Below the pieces are notes generated by a model. That model searched no databases. It was not told the origin of the DNA and was given only the letters and a program-made list of their open reading frames with translations. Below, in pieces: positions 10,591 to 22,540 of a stretch of 64,000 bases of DNA (the first letter of the stretch is position 1; every line of letters starts with the position of its first letter). Origin of the DNA: Phyllosticta citribraziliensis (Eukaryota); assembly GCF_038025025.1 (NCBI RefSeq), contig NW_027117338.1, positions 1,674,001 to 1,738,000 of the forward strand, written 5' to 3'. Both the position numbers and the translations under genes were made by a program.

Positions 10591-13500
10591 ATGTCATCTT
10601 CTTCAGCTACCACGAGCGCCACTGGCTCTCGAATCATCGTCAAGCCAGGTCGTTTCCAGCACTCCATTCTGGATGGCGCCCCGGGAAACAGAGTCGCCTG
10701 CACAGAGAAGACGTCTACCCTCAACTCAAAGGGGTCTGCTCTCGGAGGATACCTGGGCTTCCTTCTGAACAAGGACTTTGGCGATTTCCTGGAACAGAAC
10801 GAGACCTTTTTGGGGAATGTCCGCACTCGCGAGAAGAACATGTACGCCATTCCAGGTCAGCCGACTCCGACCAAGCAAAATCAAACCTTAAAGGGAATCA
10901 CCAACGTTTTGACAGCGACAAGGCCCCATCTGGAGCTCTACGTCACAAAGCATGGCCTCAACTGGCCAAAGAGTGTGGAAGAGCTGCAAGCCTTCAGTCA
11001 GGACAAGGCTGATCTCCCCAAGCTTGGTCGCGTCATCTCAATTCTGAAAATGCTGATCAAGTTTCCGACCGTTTTCAAAGGCTCGAAGTTGGGCTCCACA
11101 TTCGACCAAGCCAGCACCTTTGATCTCGAGGACGTGCATCGAGCAATGACTTTGATCGCTTTCTATAATCGCGATCGACCCGGAACCGGGGTTCCCAAGA
11201 CTGGAGACACAGCTTCGGTCATCTTCACGGACGGCACAATTCCCACTCCCAGCTTGTCCACAGCGGAAGCAAGCCCAACAGGCCAAAATGAAAGCTCTCC
11301 CGCAACCACCACTTGCGATGACCCAGTAGCGGGCAAGTCGTTCACGGAAAGAGACGACTTTGCGAAGTTGAATTCGACGACGAGGCGCATGCTGGCTGAG
11401 AAAACAGTCCTCATTGAGGAGGATGCCGACAGCTTGTTGATTGCCCAAGCCCAGATCTTCAGCAAGGTTCACGGCAACCTGAACGAAACGGTCCCTGACA
11501 TCCCACGCGTCGACCGTGGTGAGACCACCGAAGAATTGCTGAGAGACATTGCCGACGAGACCTTTGCGAACGAACTTCTCCCTGTGGCACCCGCCTATTT
11601 GCGCACACGCAGCGGCCTACCTTCCGACCCAGAAACCCCCTACAAGCATAGCGACTCTACTGAAAGCGAGCCGTTGTCACTGTTGCAGTCGAATCGGCTG
11701 GAAGGAAATGCCATGGACGGCAAGGAGCGCGAGGAGTACATGGATTCCAGCGATGGTCTCGAAGCGGAGCATCACTCAGTGCTGGACACCGGCTCATACG
11801 CGGAGGCTTGTGACAAGGTCGAATTCATCACCGCCGCCCGTCTCCAACGCAAGACGGGGACTTCCTCGAAACCGATCGAAATCACTCCAGTGCAAATCCG
11901 AGGAGCCGCTTGGCTTTGCCGAATGCGCGAGGAGACAACTTTGTCGGGTGCCATTCTCGCGGACAAGCATGGAGTCGGCAAGACGATCGAGGCTCTCCTC
12001 GCCATGGAGAAACAGGCAGTGAAGGTCGTGAAGGAAGAGCAGGCTTCTTCCCGCCCGCAAATTGTCGTCTATCCGCCTCAAGTGCTTAGCAATTGGTTGC
12101 GCGAATTCTCTGACCACTTTTCCCAGGCAGGAATCCTGAAGGCATGGGTTCTCGAGGGCCGTGAGAAGGGCATGTTCGCACGGTACAACCTTTCGCTGGA
12201 CAAATTGCTCGCTGCAAAGTTCGCTGGGGACAAGGACACACTGACGCTTGACGAGAACAACCCCGAGACCGCGCGGAACGTCATTTTCATTTCCTACCCC
12301 AAGTTCGCCCAACAGTCGCTTTACAATGAAGAGATGGGAGACAAGGGAAGGACAGCACTGCTTTCGCCCATGAAAAGACTTTGCTAATACTCGTCCCAGA
12401 AACCGGAGCTCACCGCGCGACAGCGGAGCATCATGAAGTCCGAATGGTCTGATGAGGCCAAAACAGCATTCGTTCGGTCAACCTCGACTGCGAAAGTCCA
12501 GGACAGGGACAAGGATAATCTCTCGTCCATCTTCGCTGGCTGGTTCGACGTCGCTGTCATTGACGAGGCACAACTTTGCAAGGATATGAAGTCAAGGAAC
12601 TTCATTGCTGAAGGAACTTCATTGCTGTATCCCTTTTGCGGCCTCAATTCTACATCCTGCTCACGGCAACCCCATTATTCAACCAACCTGGGGATTTGAG
12701 CGCCTTGCTTGCCCTTTGTCAACCCGCGACTTTTCCGAAGAACTTCATGGGAACGCTCCCACGCGAGCCCTCTGAAAAGCAAGTAATCGAGTACTACCAA
12801 GCCCTCAATCCCACGGACCCGGCAATTTCAGCGGTCAACACGTTTGACTTGCTGTTGAGCGATGGCCTCTTGACGACAAGGGCAGCAGAAGAAGTCCTTT
12901 CAAAGATCATGGCCTTCGTTTCGATCTCAAGGTCTCTCGCCACCAAGGTTGATCGTGGTCCAAAATTTGGTGGCATCTGGAAGGCGGCAAAGGGAGTCGC
13001 GCCCTACGACTTCCACACGCTCGAGTCGATCTTCGGACCAAATGAGAAGAAGACGTACACGAGTGTCTGTTCGAACTGGGTCCCGAACTTCGACAACGCC
13101 GGACGTAACGAGGAGTCTGCGCGCAAGGGAAACTCGAGAGGATTCTGGAGCAAAGTTGCTGTCCGCAGGCTTGCCATTGCAACTTTTGCCCCAATGCTCG
13201 AGCTAGCTGCCATCTGGGGAAGTGGCCCTGAAACCACTCGTTTGGCTCAAGAGCAGCGCATCGAGAAGGCTTTCAACAACAAAGACCATGGCCTCAGCTG
13301 GCTCCTGGGCGTGGTCATCGAGGATCCAGCCATTGAGCCAGGATCCATCACCAATGCGGCCATGATCGCAAGATACCTTGCACGGAGGTCCCCCAAGCTC
13401 AGAGCCTTGGCCACAATTTTGGCCACCCACGTTCCACGCAGAGAGCGTGTCCTTGTCCTCGCGGAGCATCCAGCGACTCAATGGCTCATCGAGCTGTTCC

Positions 13501-14042
13501 TGATGGTAGTGGGGCTTGGAGTCGCCTCAATCAAGCAAGACACGTCGCATGAGGACCGTGCAGAGTTGTTGACTGAGTTCAGCAATGGAGCATCGACCAA
13601 GTTCGATGTCCTTGTCTCAACGGTGCGCTTGCTGGGCACCGGACTCAACGCACATCGGGCGTGCCATGTTTTGGTGCTGCCAGACGCTACCTGTGGATCT
13701 GGATACACAGTCCACGCCATTGGTCGCGTTCACCGACTTGGCCAAGAACATCGTCAGCATTGCTACCAGCTTTCGGTAAAGGACAGCCAGGAAAAGGCAA
13801 GCGAATTCATGGCGCCCCGATCCTCAGCATCTACGCCAGCAAAGCGGCAACGTCAAGGCACTGACAACGACACGGAGTCGGATGATTCGAGCTCTGACGA
13901 ACTTCCTTTGAAGAAGTTGCGACACGCTGGTCGTCAAGACTCGCTCATGGGTGGCCAGGACACGCCCACCCCCAAACTGGAGCCGAAACCGAAGCTCGCT
14001 CCTACGCCTATACCCAAGGTCAAGTCGGAAGATACACCATAG
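10591..14042 (+). pseudogene. SNF2-family helicase-like gene (paralog A), probably disrupted
   Basis: Motifs GAILADKHGVGKT (I), VIDEAQ (II), LLTATP (III), SPKLRAL, STVRLLGTGLN (V), HAIGRVHRLGQ (VI). The 54-nt intron-like segment 12346-12399 has a branch point and CAG but a GG donor and holds a TAA. Frameshift near 12630. Similarity to paralog B ends just after motif VI. Confidence 0.8.
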
Positions 14043-14179
14043 CCCGCTGAAGGTCTTCGTCGATCGGGACGCGTCAAGACCAAGGCGCCTGGAGGCGAAT
14101 ATGGACATGCGGCAACTTGAGTCAGTAATAGTTCACACAGGCACGGTGGGTGTCGGAAGAGATGCGACAGACCTCCTCA

Positions 14180-14280
14180 CATTGTGAGTACACTCAGGGA
14201 GCATTCCTTCGCTGCCACAGCTACGCTTTGGGAGTATTCATTCAACGCTGCATCTAGACCCAGGGAGTTTCGTTTCTTTC
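14180..14280 (+). repeat. Degenerate 33-bp tandem repeat array, copy C (3 units), inverted relative to copy A
   Basis: GGAG core at 14198, 14231, 14264. cattgtgagtacactcagggagcattccttcgct matches the reverse complement of copy A (caatgtgagtgcacttagggagcgttcattcgct). Both end in cgtttcttt. Confidence 0.75.
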
Positions 14281-17068
14281 TACCCCTACTGTGCAGCAAG
14301 TCTCGGATCTCCCCTTTTTCTGCTTTTTGGATAGACAGAGTGGCGGATGGAAAAGCTTCTGATTTCTTGGTTGGATGCAATGCTGCAGACGAGGCTCTTG
14401 GTTTGAGCGAGCGTTCCTTCTTCTTCTTGATGGCAGTGGCGTGGTTTTAGACTTTGGGAGAACACCACGACTTTGCTTTTCCAGCCAAGTGCAATTGGCT
14501 TTGCGACATCACTTCCTAGTCACCGGTACATTCGTCAGGTCTGCCCTTGATACCCTTTGTCCTGGCGAGATTTTCCTTGCATTAGCTTCAGATACCCTTG
14601 CTCAATAAACGGCTTTCTCTTTTTCACACTCAAAGAAGAATTTTCCACCTTGCTGCTATCGCTGGGTGCGAGCTCAACTTTTCATCCTTAGAGAGGTCCT
14701 CTGTTAGGTGGGGCTTGAAAACATTAGTTTCAATCCTGAGGTCGGTACACCCCAGACGGTCAAGCGTCCACAACCGCCTCACAAAACGACAAGAAAGAAG
14801 ACTTGTGCCCATAGATTTTACTAGTATGGATTTAGCAAAACCGAGTGACTGTCGCCAAGGAAATACAATCAGCAGACAGAATGAAAGCCAGAAAGCAGAC
14901 ACCCGGGAAAATGAGGTGATGCTAGTGCGAATAAGATGCGAAACAGAGTGGAGCGCAGGTAGCAAGGCGCAGAAACATCGCGCTCGAGGGACTGATTGTT
15001 GGTCAGATAATGTGTGGTACAAAGGAAAAACAAAGTCAACGGTGGACTCACAATGGACGCAGTGTTCCAATGAGAAGCTGCTGGCATCCCCACGATCGCC
15101 GCTGATGAAGCACTTGGGTGTCTTCAGTGTCGGGCATGGCTCTCTTGAGATATTGATGGCCCAGAGAATGCTCCACGTCGTTCATGTACCAACCCATGTC
15201 CCATCCTTGGTGCCTCCCTCTGCTGGGGTTCCTGCGGCTCGGTCGACCTCTCAACGCGAGTTTGCTGCTGATTCTTCGGGTTTGGGCTCCCGTACTTGAC
15301 GGTCATGTACGTAAAGAACAGTGGCAAGGCCATCGTGAAAATGGAGAATAGAACGAGAAAGAGCATCATATCTGCTGTCAGTATGCTGTTACAGAGACTG
15401 GAGATAGGCAAAATCTTTTCTCGGAAAAACGGAGAAAGTCATGACATACTTATAGGAGCAGTGCGGGCTGGAGAATGGCAAGGAATGTCAAAGACTTGGA
15501 AAGGACACTGGAAAACACGGGACAGAGACAACTACTGCTAGACAAGCGCGACTGTTCTTCGCTTCTCCAGGAGCGTAATGTATGTCCTTGTCTTGGATTC
15601 CTATCGAAAGAGAGAGAGCAGGCTGGCAGGTGAACCGATTTTGGCGGCTGGTGGGGGCTGGAATCTTCAGGTGTTTGCGATGGCCGAGTGCTGGCGCCTC
15701 AGGTTTCGCCATCCATCTAACCCATGTCGTGTGCCGTCCATGGAGCATTCAATATCAGAGGACTGCAAAAAGGAAATGTAGATGAAGAGTGGTCAAGATA
15801 CTTGCGAGAGGGACAATAAGCAGAATCCACGCACATACATGGAGCACGTCTAGGGAGCGTTCAGCATCGTAAAAGGCCAGCGGAAAGAAATGAATGCAGG
15901 GAGCATTCAAGACCCCAACAGCGATGAAGTATTGAAAGATTGAAAATCTACCCGCCGGACTCTCAGTGAGATCGTCAGACAGTCTGCAGCTGCACAACGA
16001 TAGCAGAGAGAGCTACCGCACTAGCTGGAGATGTTAGGGAGGGGAAGTAAGAGTTGATTCTTCGAAGGTCGCAGGCTTCGCGATGCAAGAAGACGCATGG
16101 CGAGCTGCAGCCGCTAACCACAAATGGAAATCCCTAAACTGGGATAGGAAGGCCTTAGGCCTGAATAGGCAAGTAAGCGAGCAAATGAGTGTGGGAAATG
16201 AAGTGCGAATGCTCGAGCAGACCTCTCGATCGGTCGTCATTCGTCAATCTTCAAAACCGTAACAGGAGACCAGGCTGTCTTCCAGCAAGTCTTGTGATCG
16301 CATAATGTCGCTCTTCGACGCTTGGCGTCAGGAAAGAGGAGTTCCGTTGTCGCTGCAGCGATGCGGTGTGAACAGTTGGTTACAGTCATTCAGAAGCAAG
16401 GCGGCGAGGCAGTCGCTGCAGTCCGATGATAGGAGATGTGCACGAAGGAAAAGATGAAAAAGATCATCGCTTCAACGATAGGGAAGAAATTTTCAACGGG
16501 CGTTAGGGGAAGTCAGTTGGTGTTAAGAAAAGGTGGTTGGAGAAGGACGCGATGGTCAGGGGGTATTGCAGGAAGAGGCGCGCCTAACCCAAACAGGTAG
16601 CGATCGGAGACCCGATCCCGCTCGTCCTCATGTAGGTGGCCACGAACCAGCAACAGTCGGAACATCGCAATGCCAAGCAACTACATGTTGGATCCCTGAT
16701 GATATCTATATCCGCGTGAAAGGAGCAGGATACCCAAGAGTGGCTATAGGGATAGGTTTAGTAAGCAGTACTAAGCTTGATTAGTTAGTTACAACCACCG
16801 GACCTCTCTTCCCATTTTTGCAGTAAGCAGCACTCAGAATCAGATTCCTTCAGGCTGGGTTTAGGCAGAGCATATGGGCATGGAGGGGGGGCATGTTTGG
16901 TATTTAAAAAAGATCGTCGATAGCGGCTATTGCTGAAGTGATAATGGGACGGGGAAAATACCTTAGTTACCGCACGCGGGTGTTCTGTACAGCAGCGCTA
17001 ATCCAAGTCAGGTAGGGATCCGCAAAATACAGTATATATTATATCTAAGCTCAACGGCCATCATCTCA

Positions 17069-17181
17069 GCTCCTTTGGTTTAGATGGTTATAACTCCGGA
17101 TTTTGAGATGGCGGCGTTATGACACTATGTTTTTCCGTCCCAAGAATTCCGGCAACCCTGGTTCGAGTCCAGGAAGGAGCT
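17069..17181 (+). tRNA. tRNA-Gln(UUG) with 40-nt intron (17107-17146)
   Basis: Acceptor stem GCTCCTT/AAGGAGC, D-arm GTTTAGATGGTTATAAC, anticodon stem CCGGA/TCCGG with TTG at 17103-17105, T-arm CCTGG-TTCGAGT-CCAGG. T6 Pol III terminator downstream and a TA-rich element ~30 bp upstream. Confidence 0.93.
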
Positions 17182-17998
17182 TTTTTGTTCCTCATTTTGT
17201 TTCTGGATGCTGGTTTAGATTATTTCCATCTCGATTACGCCATGTCTCCTTCATCAATTTTTTTGCGTAGACAAAGATGAGTGTTGCACCAGGTGCTTGC
17301 CTCTTGTGTTATGTGTATGGCCCAAGAAAATTCCAACAATCCCCACAATTTTTGGATCGGCCATCGGTTGTTGATGACGCACAGCCCAAGTTCCAGAAAT
17401 ACATACGCCCGTACGATCGGGGCCTAGATTCTGTCGAAGGCTACCGGATACGCAGATTGTGTTCATGCCGTGATGGAGTCGGATTGCGCCTGCAGCTCAA
17501 CAGAGTCAACGTGGCAATGAGAAGGCCCATCCAAGATTATGCGGCCAGACAAAATCTGAAGCGCGGCAGATGGATTGGTGACGTTCAGGCGGAGCACTTG
17601 TATATTGAAGTCAGTGCATGGTGGAGCTCCAACGCGTGGTTGACATGCCACCTGGGAGCGGTTGCGGCAGCGGAGCTCGGGCGGTCGATCTTGGGAGCAA
17701 GTCAGGCCATGACTGGGGTTTGAGGTTCTGATCGACCGGCTGGCGAATTTTGGCTGAATGGAATGTCCATTTGCGACCTCTCCGCGGCGGTCATGAGGTG
17801 CAAACAGAGGGTTCGCGTGGCGGGCGTGAAGATCACCCGGCGCATGGTTGCTATTTAAAAAGAAGCAAGAGTCGCAACGCAACAAGAGACAGCCTTCACG
17901 ATGGCTCCCAAGTCCCGCCGCGGCTCCTCCAGCTCCAGGCGCCAAAAATCCTGGCGCGGCTAGGCTAGGCCAGACCAGACGACCGGTGGATTGCAGCA

Positions 17999-18026
17999 GG
18001 CGGCGGCGGCGGCGGCGGCGGCGGCG
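17999..18026 (+). repeat. (GGC)n microsatellite upstream of the bHLH gene
   Basis: About 9 perfect GGC units. Confidence 0.9.
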
Positions 18027-18530
18027 AATTCGCACAGCGATGTCGGGAAATTCAGCGATTGCGGCAAAAACAGCGATTCCGCTGAGACGGGAGTCGACTC
18101 ATCGCGGAGGGCTTGGATCCGAGCAAAGGCCGGCGTGGGTGAAACCTGGGCGGGGCGGGAGGAGCAGGAAGAGTGTCGTGATGGCAGCGTCGACAATCAG
18201 CCAAATGTCAGCCCACACCGGCCAAGTCAGGGGCGGAGAGGAAGAGGTGCAGGCTGCTCGGGCGGGCCCGACGAGTGGCCTGATCAGCACGCCAGCTCGG
18301 GGGGCAGCGTCACGGGTCGCCCGTCCGGCAACGCCCTCGCTCCCATCCCAAAACCGCCGTGCAGCAGTTTTTTCAGCCCGCCGAATAAATAAATGCTGCA
18401 ACGGCGCTGTCGCCCTGGCCATGATCTCATCACCCAACCAGCCATCAGATACAAGCCCACATCTCTGCCCGCGCCCGCTCCCGCCCATCATCCGACATTC
18501 GACCACCTCACCATCGGCCAGCCACAAGTC

Positions 18531-19599
18531 ATGACCTGCGATTGGCTCGAAGCCAGCATCATGCCCTCTTTGTGTTAGCACTCCCGAAGCCCGCTGGCCG
18601 CTGTGCATAGGGCTGACCATAGCTCCCCCAGCATCGTCCCACGAAGCATCAAACACCTTCGACCCCCTGGACTGGATCAACGCAGATTGCCTCGACTTCC
18701 CCACCACCGCCCTCGATTCATCATCATCATCCGTCACCACGCCACCCCTCCTATCTCTCAGTCACACCACCCTCACGCCAGATATCCGCAATCGCTCCAT
18801 CCGCCCGCGGTCAAAAGACCCTTTGGCGCCACAAGATCACCCGTGGCAGCCAGCAACCGCCGCCAATCCCTTCGAGACCCTCCCGACTTTGTCCGACGAC
18901 TACTCCTTTGCGGAACCCTCCTCCACCATTCCAGCCAGCGCCCAATCAGCGTCGCCATTTGACTTCACCCCAGACATGGCCCCCTCCCCCACCCCCTCCC
19001 TGTCCGGCCCCGAGTCGCCCTTTTCCCACGAGGATCACTCCATGGAGGGATTGACGAGCGCCACCACCACTGCTCCGTCATCCCCGCGTAGATCTTCTCA
19101 GATCTCCCTCAAGCGCTCCGCGCCCCCATCCCCACTCATGGACACCATCCCACCTGCCCCAAAGAGGCAGCTCCGCAACCGTCACCATGAGGACCTCAAC
19201 GAAGACGACACCAGGGTCACCCCGCGCGCCTCGTCCAGCCGGGCCACTCCCAAGACGCGTCAACCCCACAACATGGTTGAGAAAAAGTACCGCGAGGGTC
19301 TGAATAACGAGCTCGAGCGTCTGCGCCGCGCCGTACGTACCCTGCCCCAGCCGCGCACCCGGTCCCTCTCGTCTGACGACGACGACGACGGATACGGCTA
19401 CAGCACTTCGGTCCCCAAGCCCAGCAAGGCCGCCGTCCTGGCCGGTGCCGTCGAGTACATTCGCTACCTGGAAACCGAGCACGAGCGTCTCCGCGGCGAA
19501 AACGAGCAGCTCCGCGAGCTCGAGGGCTTGCGGAGGCGGCGAGAGGAGGGTTGGGTCTGGCGCAACCGCGCCGCCGATCCCTTGGGGTTTTTGAGCTAG
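18531..19599 (+). CDS. bHLH(-zip) transcription factor of SREBP type, no transmembrane domain
   Basis: HNMVEKKYREGLNNELERLRRAVR...KPSKAAVLAGAVEYIRYLE followed by a zipper. Tyr in EKKYR is the SREBP signature. The proposed first exon 18531-18573 plus intron 18574-18622 (GTTAGC..GCTGAC..TAG) joins in frame. Confidence 0.85.
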
Positions 19600-20292
19600 A
19601 CTACGAGGCCGAGCAGGCCGCTTGGATTCTTTGCAACATGGCGCAACGGGGCGTTTGGAACGGTGATTGGCATTAAAAAGGCGGGATACCCCATGGAGCA
19701 AGCGCAACATATAGAGCCGTGCATACTAGAAGCGGTCTTTTGGCGTTTGTATGGGGTTTGAGAAAAACTCCACTTTTCTTTATGAATATTTTGACGATAC
19801 ATATGAAATGTAATTTCTCCACTTACTTTCAATCGCTGAAGATGACTGGCTTAATATGAAGAAACTTTCAATTGCAAGCAAAGTTCAACATGTGCGTACT
19901 TTGCCTCGAAGACTTTAGCATTAGCTCACCTGTTTCCAAAATTTAACAGTTGTGCAAAATCTCGTTTCGATTCTGGAGCAGAAGTGTTGTGCAAAGTTGA
20001 GCGGTGGGTGGTGTGACAACGTGCCGTGAAGTTACGGTACTGTAGGTCGTCGATCAGCCAATGACGTCAAGCGAGATACACCCGCGATCTTTGGGTCAGG
20101 GCTGGAGGAACCATCCGCAAATCCATCTCTGCGCGTCATCGATCCAAGGACTCTCCACGCATCTGATCTCATCCATCAGCCCAAAATCAATCGCCATGGT
20201 CTTGGCGCGCTTTCGTGGCGCTTGCGGCTCAAAAATGCGCAGCTTGAAGCTTGCCACGCCGCCTCTCACCACTCCCACTACACAGCGTCCGA

Positions 20293-22540
20293 ATGCCGAT
20301 ATCATTTCGCAACCCTATTCGACCTTTAGCTCTCCCGTTTCGATCTCTCGCTTGCCTTGTTTCGTCTTCTGCGACAAATAGACCCGCACGGTCGTCGCTG
20401 TCCACGATGCCCAAGCGCAAAGCTGCCGCGACAAGCATTGCAGCATCCGAAGACGTCGTTCCTCCCTCGAAACGGCCCAGTGGCCCGGCGCGCAGGTCCT
20501 CGGCACGTACCGCAGCTCGCAACACGAATCCGAACCTCAACAGCCAAGTCTTCGACGCTCCCAATGCCCTCAGAGCGAGTCCAGACAGCGCGCAGATTGA
20601 TGACGAGCCTGCGTCAGCACAGTCGAAGCCGGACAACACCAAGGGTGTAAAGAAAGGCGGTGAAAATGACAAGAAGCGAGGAAGGAAGCCAAAAGCCGTC
20701 GAAATGGACAAGGAAGAGAAGCCCAGGCAGTTGCCGACGAAAAACGAAGACGTTGGCGATGAAGCATTTGCAATGGATCCGGAAGCTGACGGTGAAGAAG
20801 AAGTGGGGGAGGAAGAACTCAAGGCTGCAGTGTCTAGGCCGCCGCCCGTCAATTCGGACTATTTGCCGTTGCCGTGGAAGGGGCGATTAGGTTATGTGAG
20901 TGCAAACGAGCCATAATGACGTGCGAATAGCTAATCCGTCTCAGGCCTGCCTCAACACTTATTTACGTCAAGCCAACCCTCCCGTCTTCAGTTCTCGCAC
21001 CTGTCGCATCGCATCGATTCTTGACCACCGCCATCCTCTCAAGGATCCTACACAGCCTGAACATGCAACCAAGAACAGACCCGACAAAGAGCAGCCGGCG
21101 GAAATTGGTCGCGGCCAAAAGTTCGTGGAAGAGCTTGGGGTGGCCAATGCCAGGGACATTATCAAGATGATCAGATGGAACGAAAAATATGGCATCAAGT
21201 TCTTGCGTTTGAGCAGCGAAATGTTCCCCTTCGCAAGTCACGAAGTGTACGGTTATAAGCTGGCACCGTTTGCTGCAGAAACTTTAGGTGCTGCTGGTAA
21301 AGTCATAGCAGAGCTGGGACATCGTGTCTCCACTCATCCAGGCCAAGTAAGTGTCGCGCAAATGTGCCATCACCCTTTCTCTAACAAAATGCAGTTTACC
21401 CAGCTGGGCTCACCCCGCGAATCAGTGATCAAGAGCGCAATCAGGGATCTTGAGTACCACGACGAACTACTATCTCTTCTCAAGCTCCCGCCACAGCAAG
21501 ATCGTGACGCCGTTATGATTCTCCACATGGGTGGAACGTTTGGAAACAAAGCCGAAACCCTCGACCGCTTCCGCAAAAACTACGCTGGCCTTTCTCCCTC
21601 CATCAAAAATCGACTTGTTTTAGAAAACGACGACGTTTGCTGGAGTGTTCATGACCTTCTTCCCGTCTGCCAGGAGCTCAATATCCCCATGGTTCTCGAT
21701 TTCCACCACCACAACATTTATTTCGATGCCGCAAAATTGCGTGAAGGCACCAAAGACATCATGGAACTCTATCCTGCAATCCGTGAGACTTGGACTCGCA
21801 AGGGCATCACGCAAAAGATGCACTACTCAGAACCGACGCCGGCCGCCGTGACGCCTATGCAGCGTCGGAAGCACAATCCTCGCCCTGCCACGCTGCCTCC
21901 TTGCGCAAACGACATGGACCTTATGATTGAAGCCAAGGACAAGGAACAGGCCGTTTTCGAGCTAATGCGCAACTTCAGGTTGCCCGGCTGGAATCTCTTT
22001 AACGACATTATACCGCATGTACGCGCAGACGAAAACAAGCCCATGCGCGCGCCTAAGAAGGCAGCGCCCAAGAAATCCAAAAAGCAAACCAATGCTGCTG
22101 AGGCAGCTGAAGGCGAAGAGGCTCGCGAAGCCGTGGAAGCGGAGCCCGCCCCTGCTCCTGTAATTCCCGAAGAGGAGGTCGGCATGGGCGGTCCCGATCG
22201 TCGGGTATATTGGCCGCCAGGCATGGAAGAATGGCTCAGGCCTGCAAAGCGCATCATCAAGAAGAAAGAGGCAACGGATGAGACGGCGCCAGCACCATCC
22301 GAGTCTCCAGCTGTGGCAAAGAAACCGGTGGCGCGAAAGGGAAAGAAGGGGAAGGCTGCGGCACCCGTGCCGACACCGAGCACGTCGGACGCCGATGATG
22401 CCGATACTATGCCGATGCCTGTGGACGCCGAAGATGTTGGCAATGTCAAGAGCAAGCGAGCCGCAGCGAAGGGACCTACCAGGAGGAAAAGTGGCAGAGC
22501 TGGGAAGAGCAGTGTCAGCTACAAGGAAGAGGAGGACTAG
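20293..22540 (+). CDS. uve1: UV-damage endonuclease (UvdE/Uve1), 2 introns
   Basis: LPWKGRLGY|ACLNTYLR, FLRLSSEMFPFASH, THPGQ|FTQLGSP, LVLENDD, DFHHH, QKMHYSEP, DLMIEAKDKEQAV. In-frame ATGs at 20293 and 20407. Confidence 0.95.

Larger units (their letters stand above)
4071..14280. mobile_element. Decayed accessory island (possible relic mobile/selfish module): 2 SNF2-like helicase pseudogenes + GIY-YIG-like pseudogene, bracketed by inverted degenerate 33-bp repeat arrays
   Basis: All recognisable genes inside are disrupted paralogs. The arrays at 4071-4204 and 14180-14280 are homologous and inverted. No transposase/recombinase or target-site duplication was recognised, so mobility is inference only. 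Confidence 0.4.

Noticed and set aside
14600..15411. Small ORF with hydrophobic N-terminus (15124-15411) and nearby ORFs
   Set aside because: No recognisable motif or coherent exon structure; may be island debris.
3200..16900. Starship or TIR transposon boundaries for the island
   Set aside because: No tyrosine recombinase or DDE transposase, and no matching terminal repeats or TSD found by eye.
17069..17181. tRNA-Gln as a UAG suppressor for the AMA1 stop
   Set aside because: The anticodon is an ordinary UUG and nothing links it to AMA1.
17848..18534. 228-aa ORF with poly-Arg and overlapping poly-Ala ORFs
   Set aside because: Artefacts of the GGC microsatellite and a GC-rich promoter.
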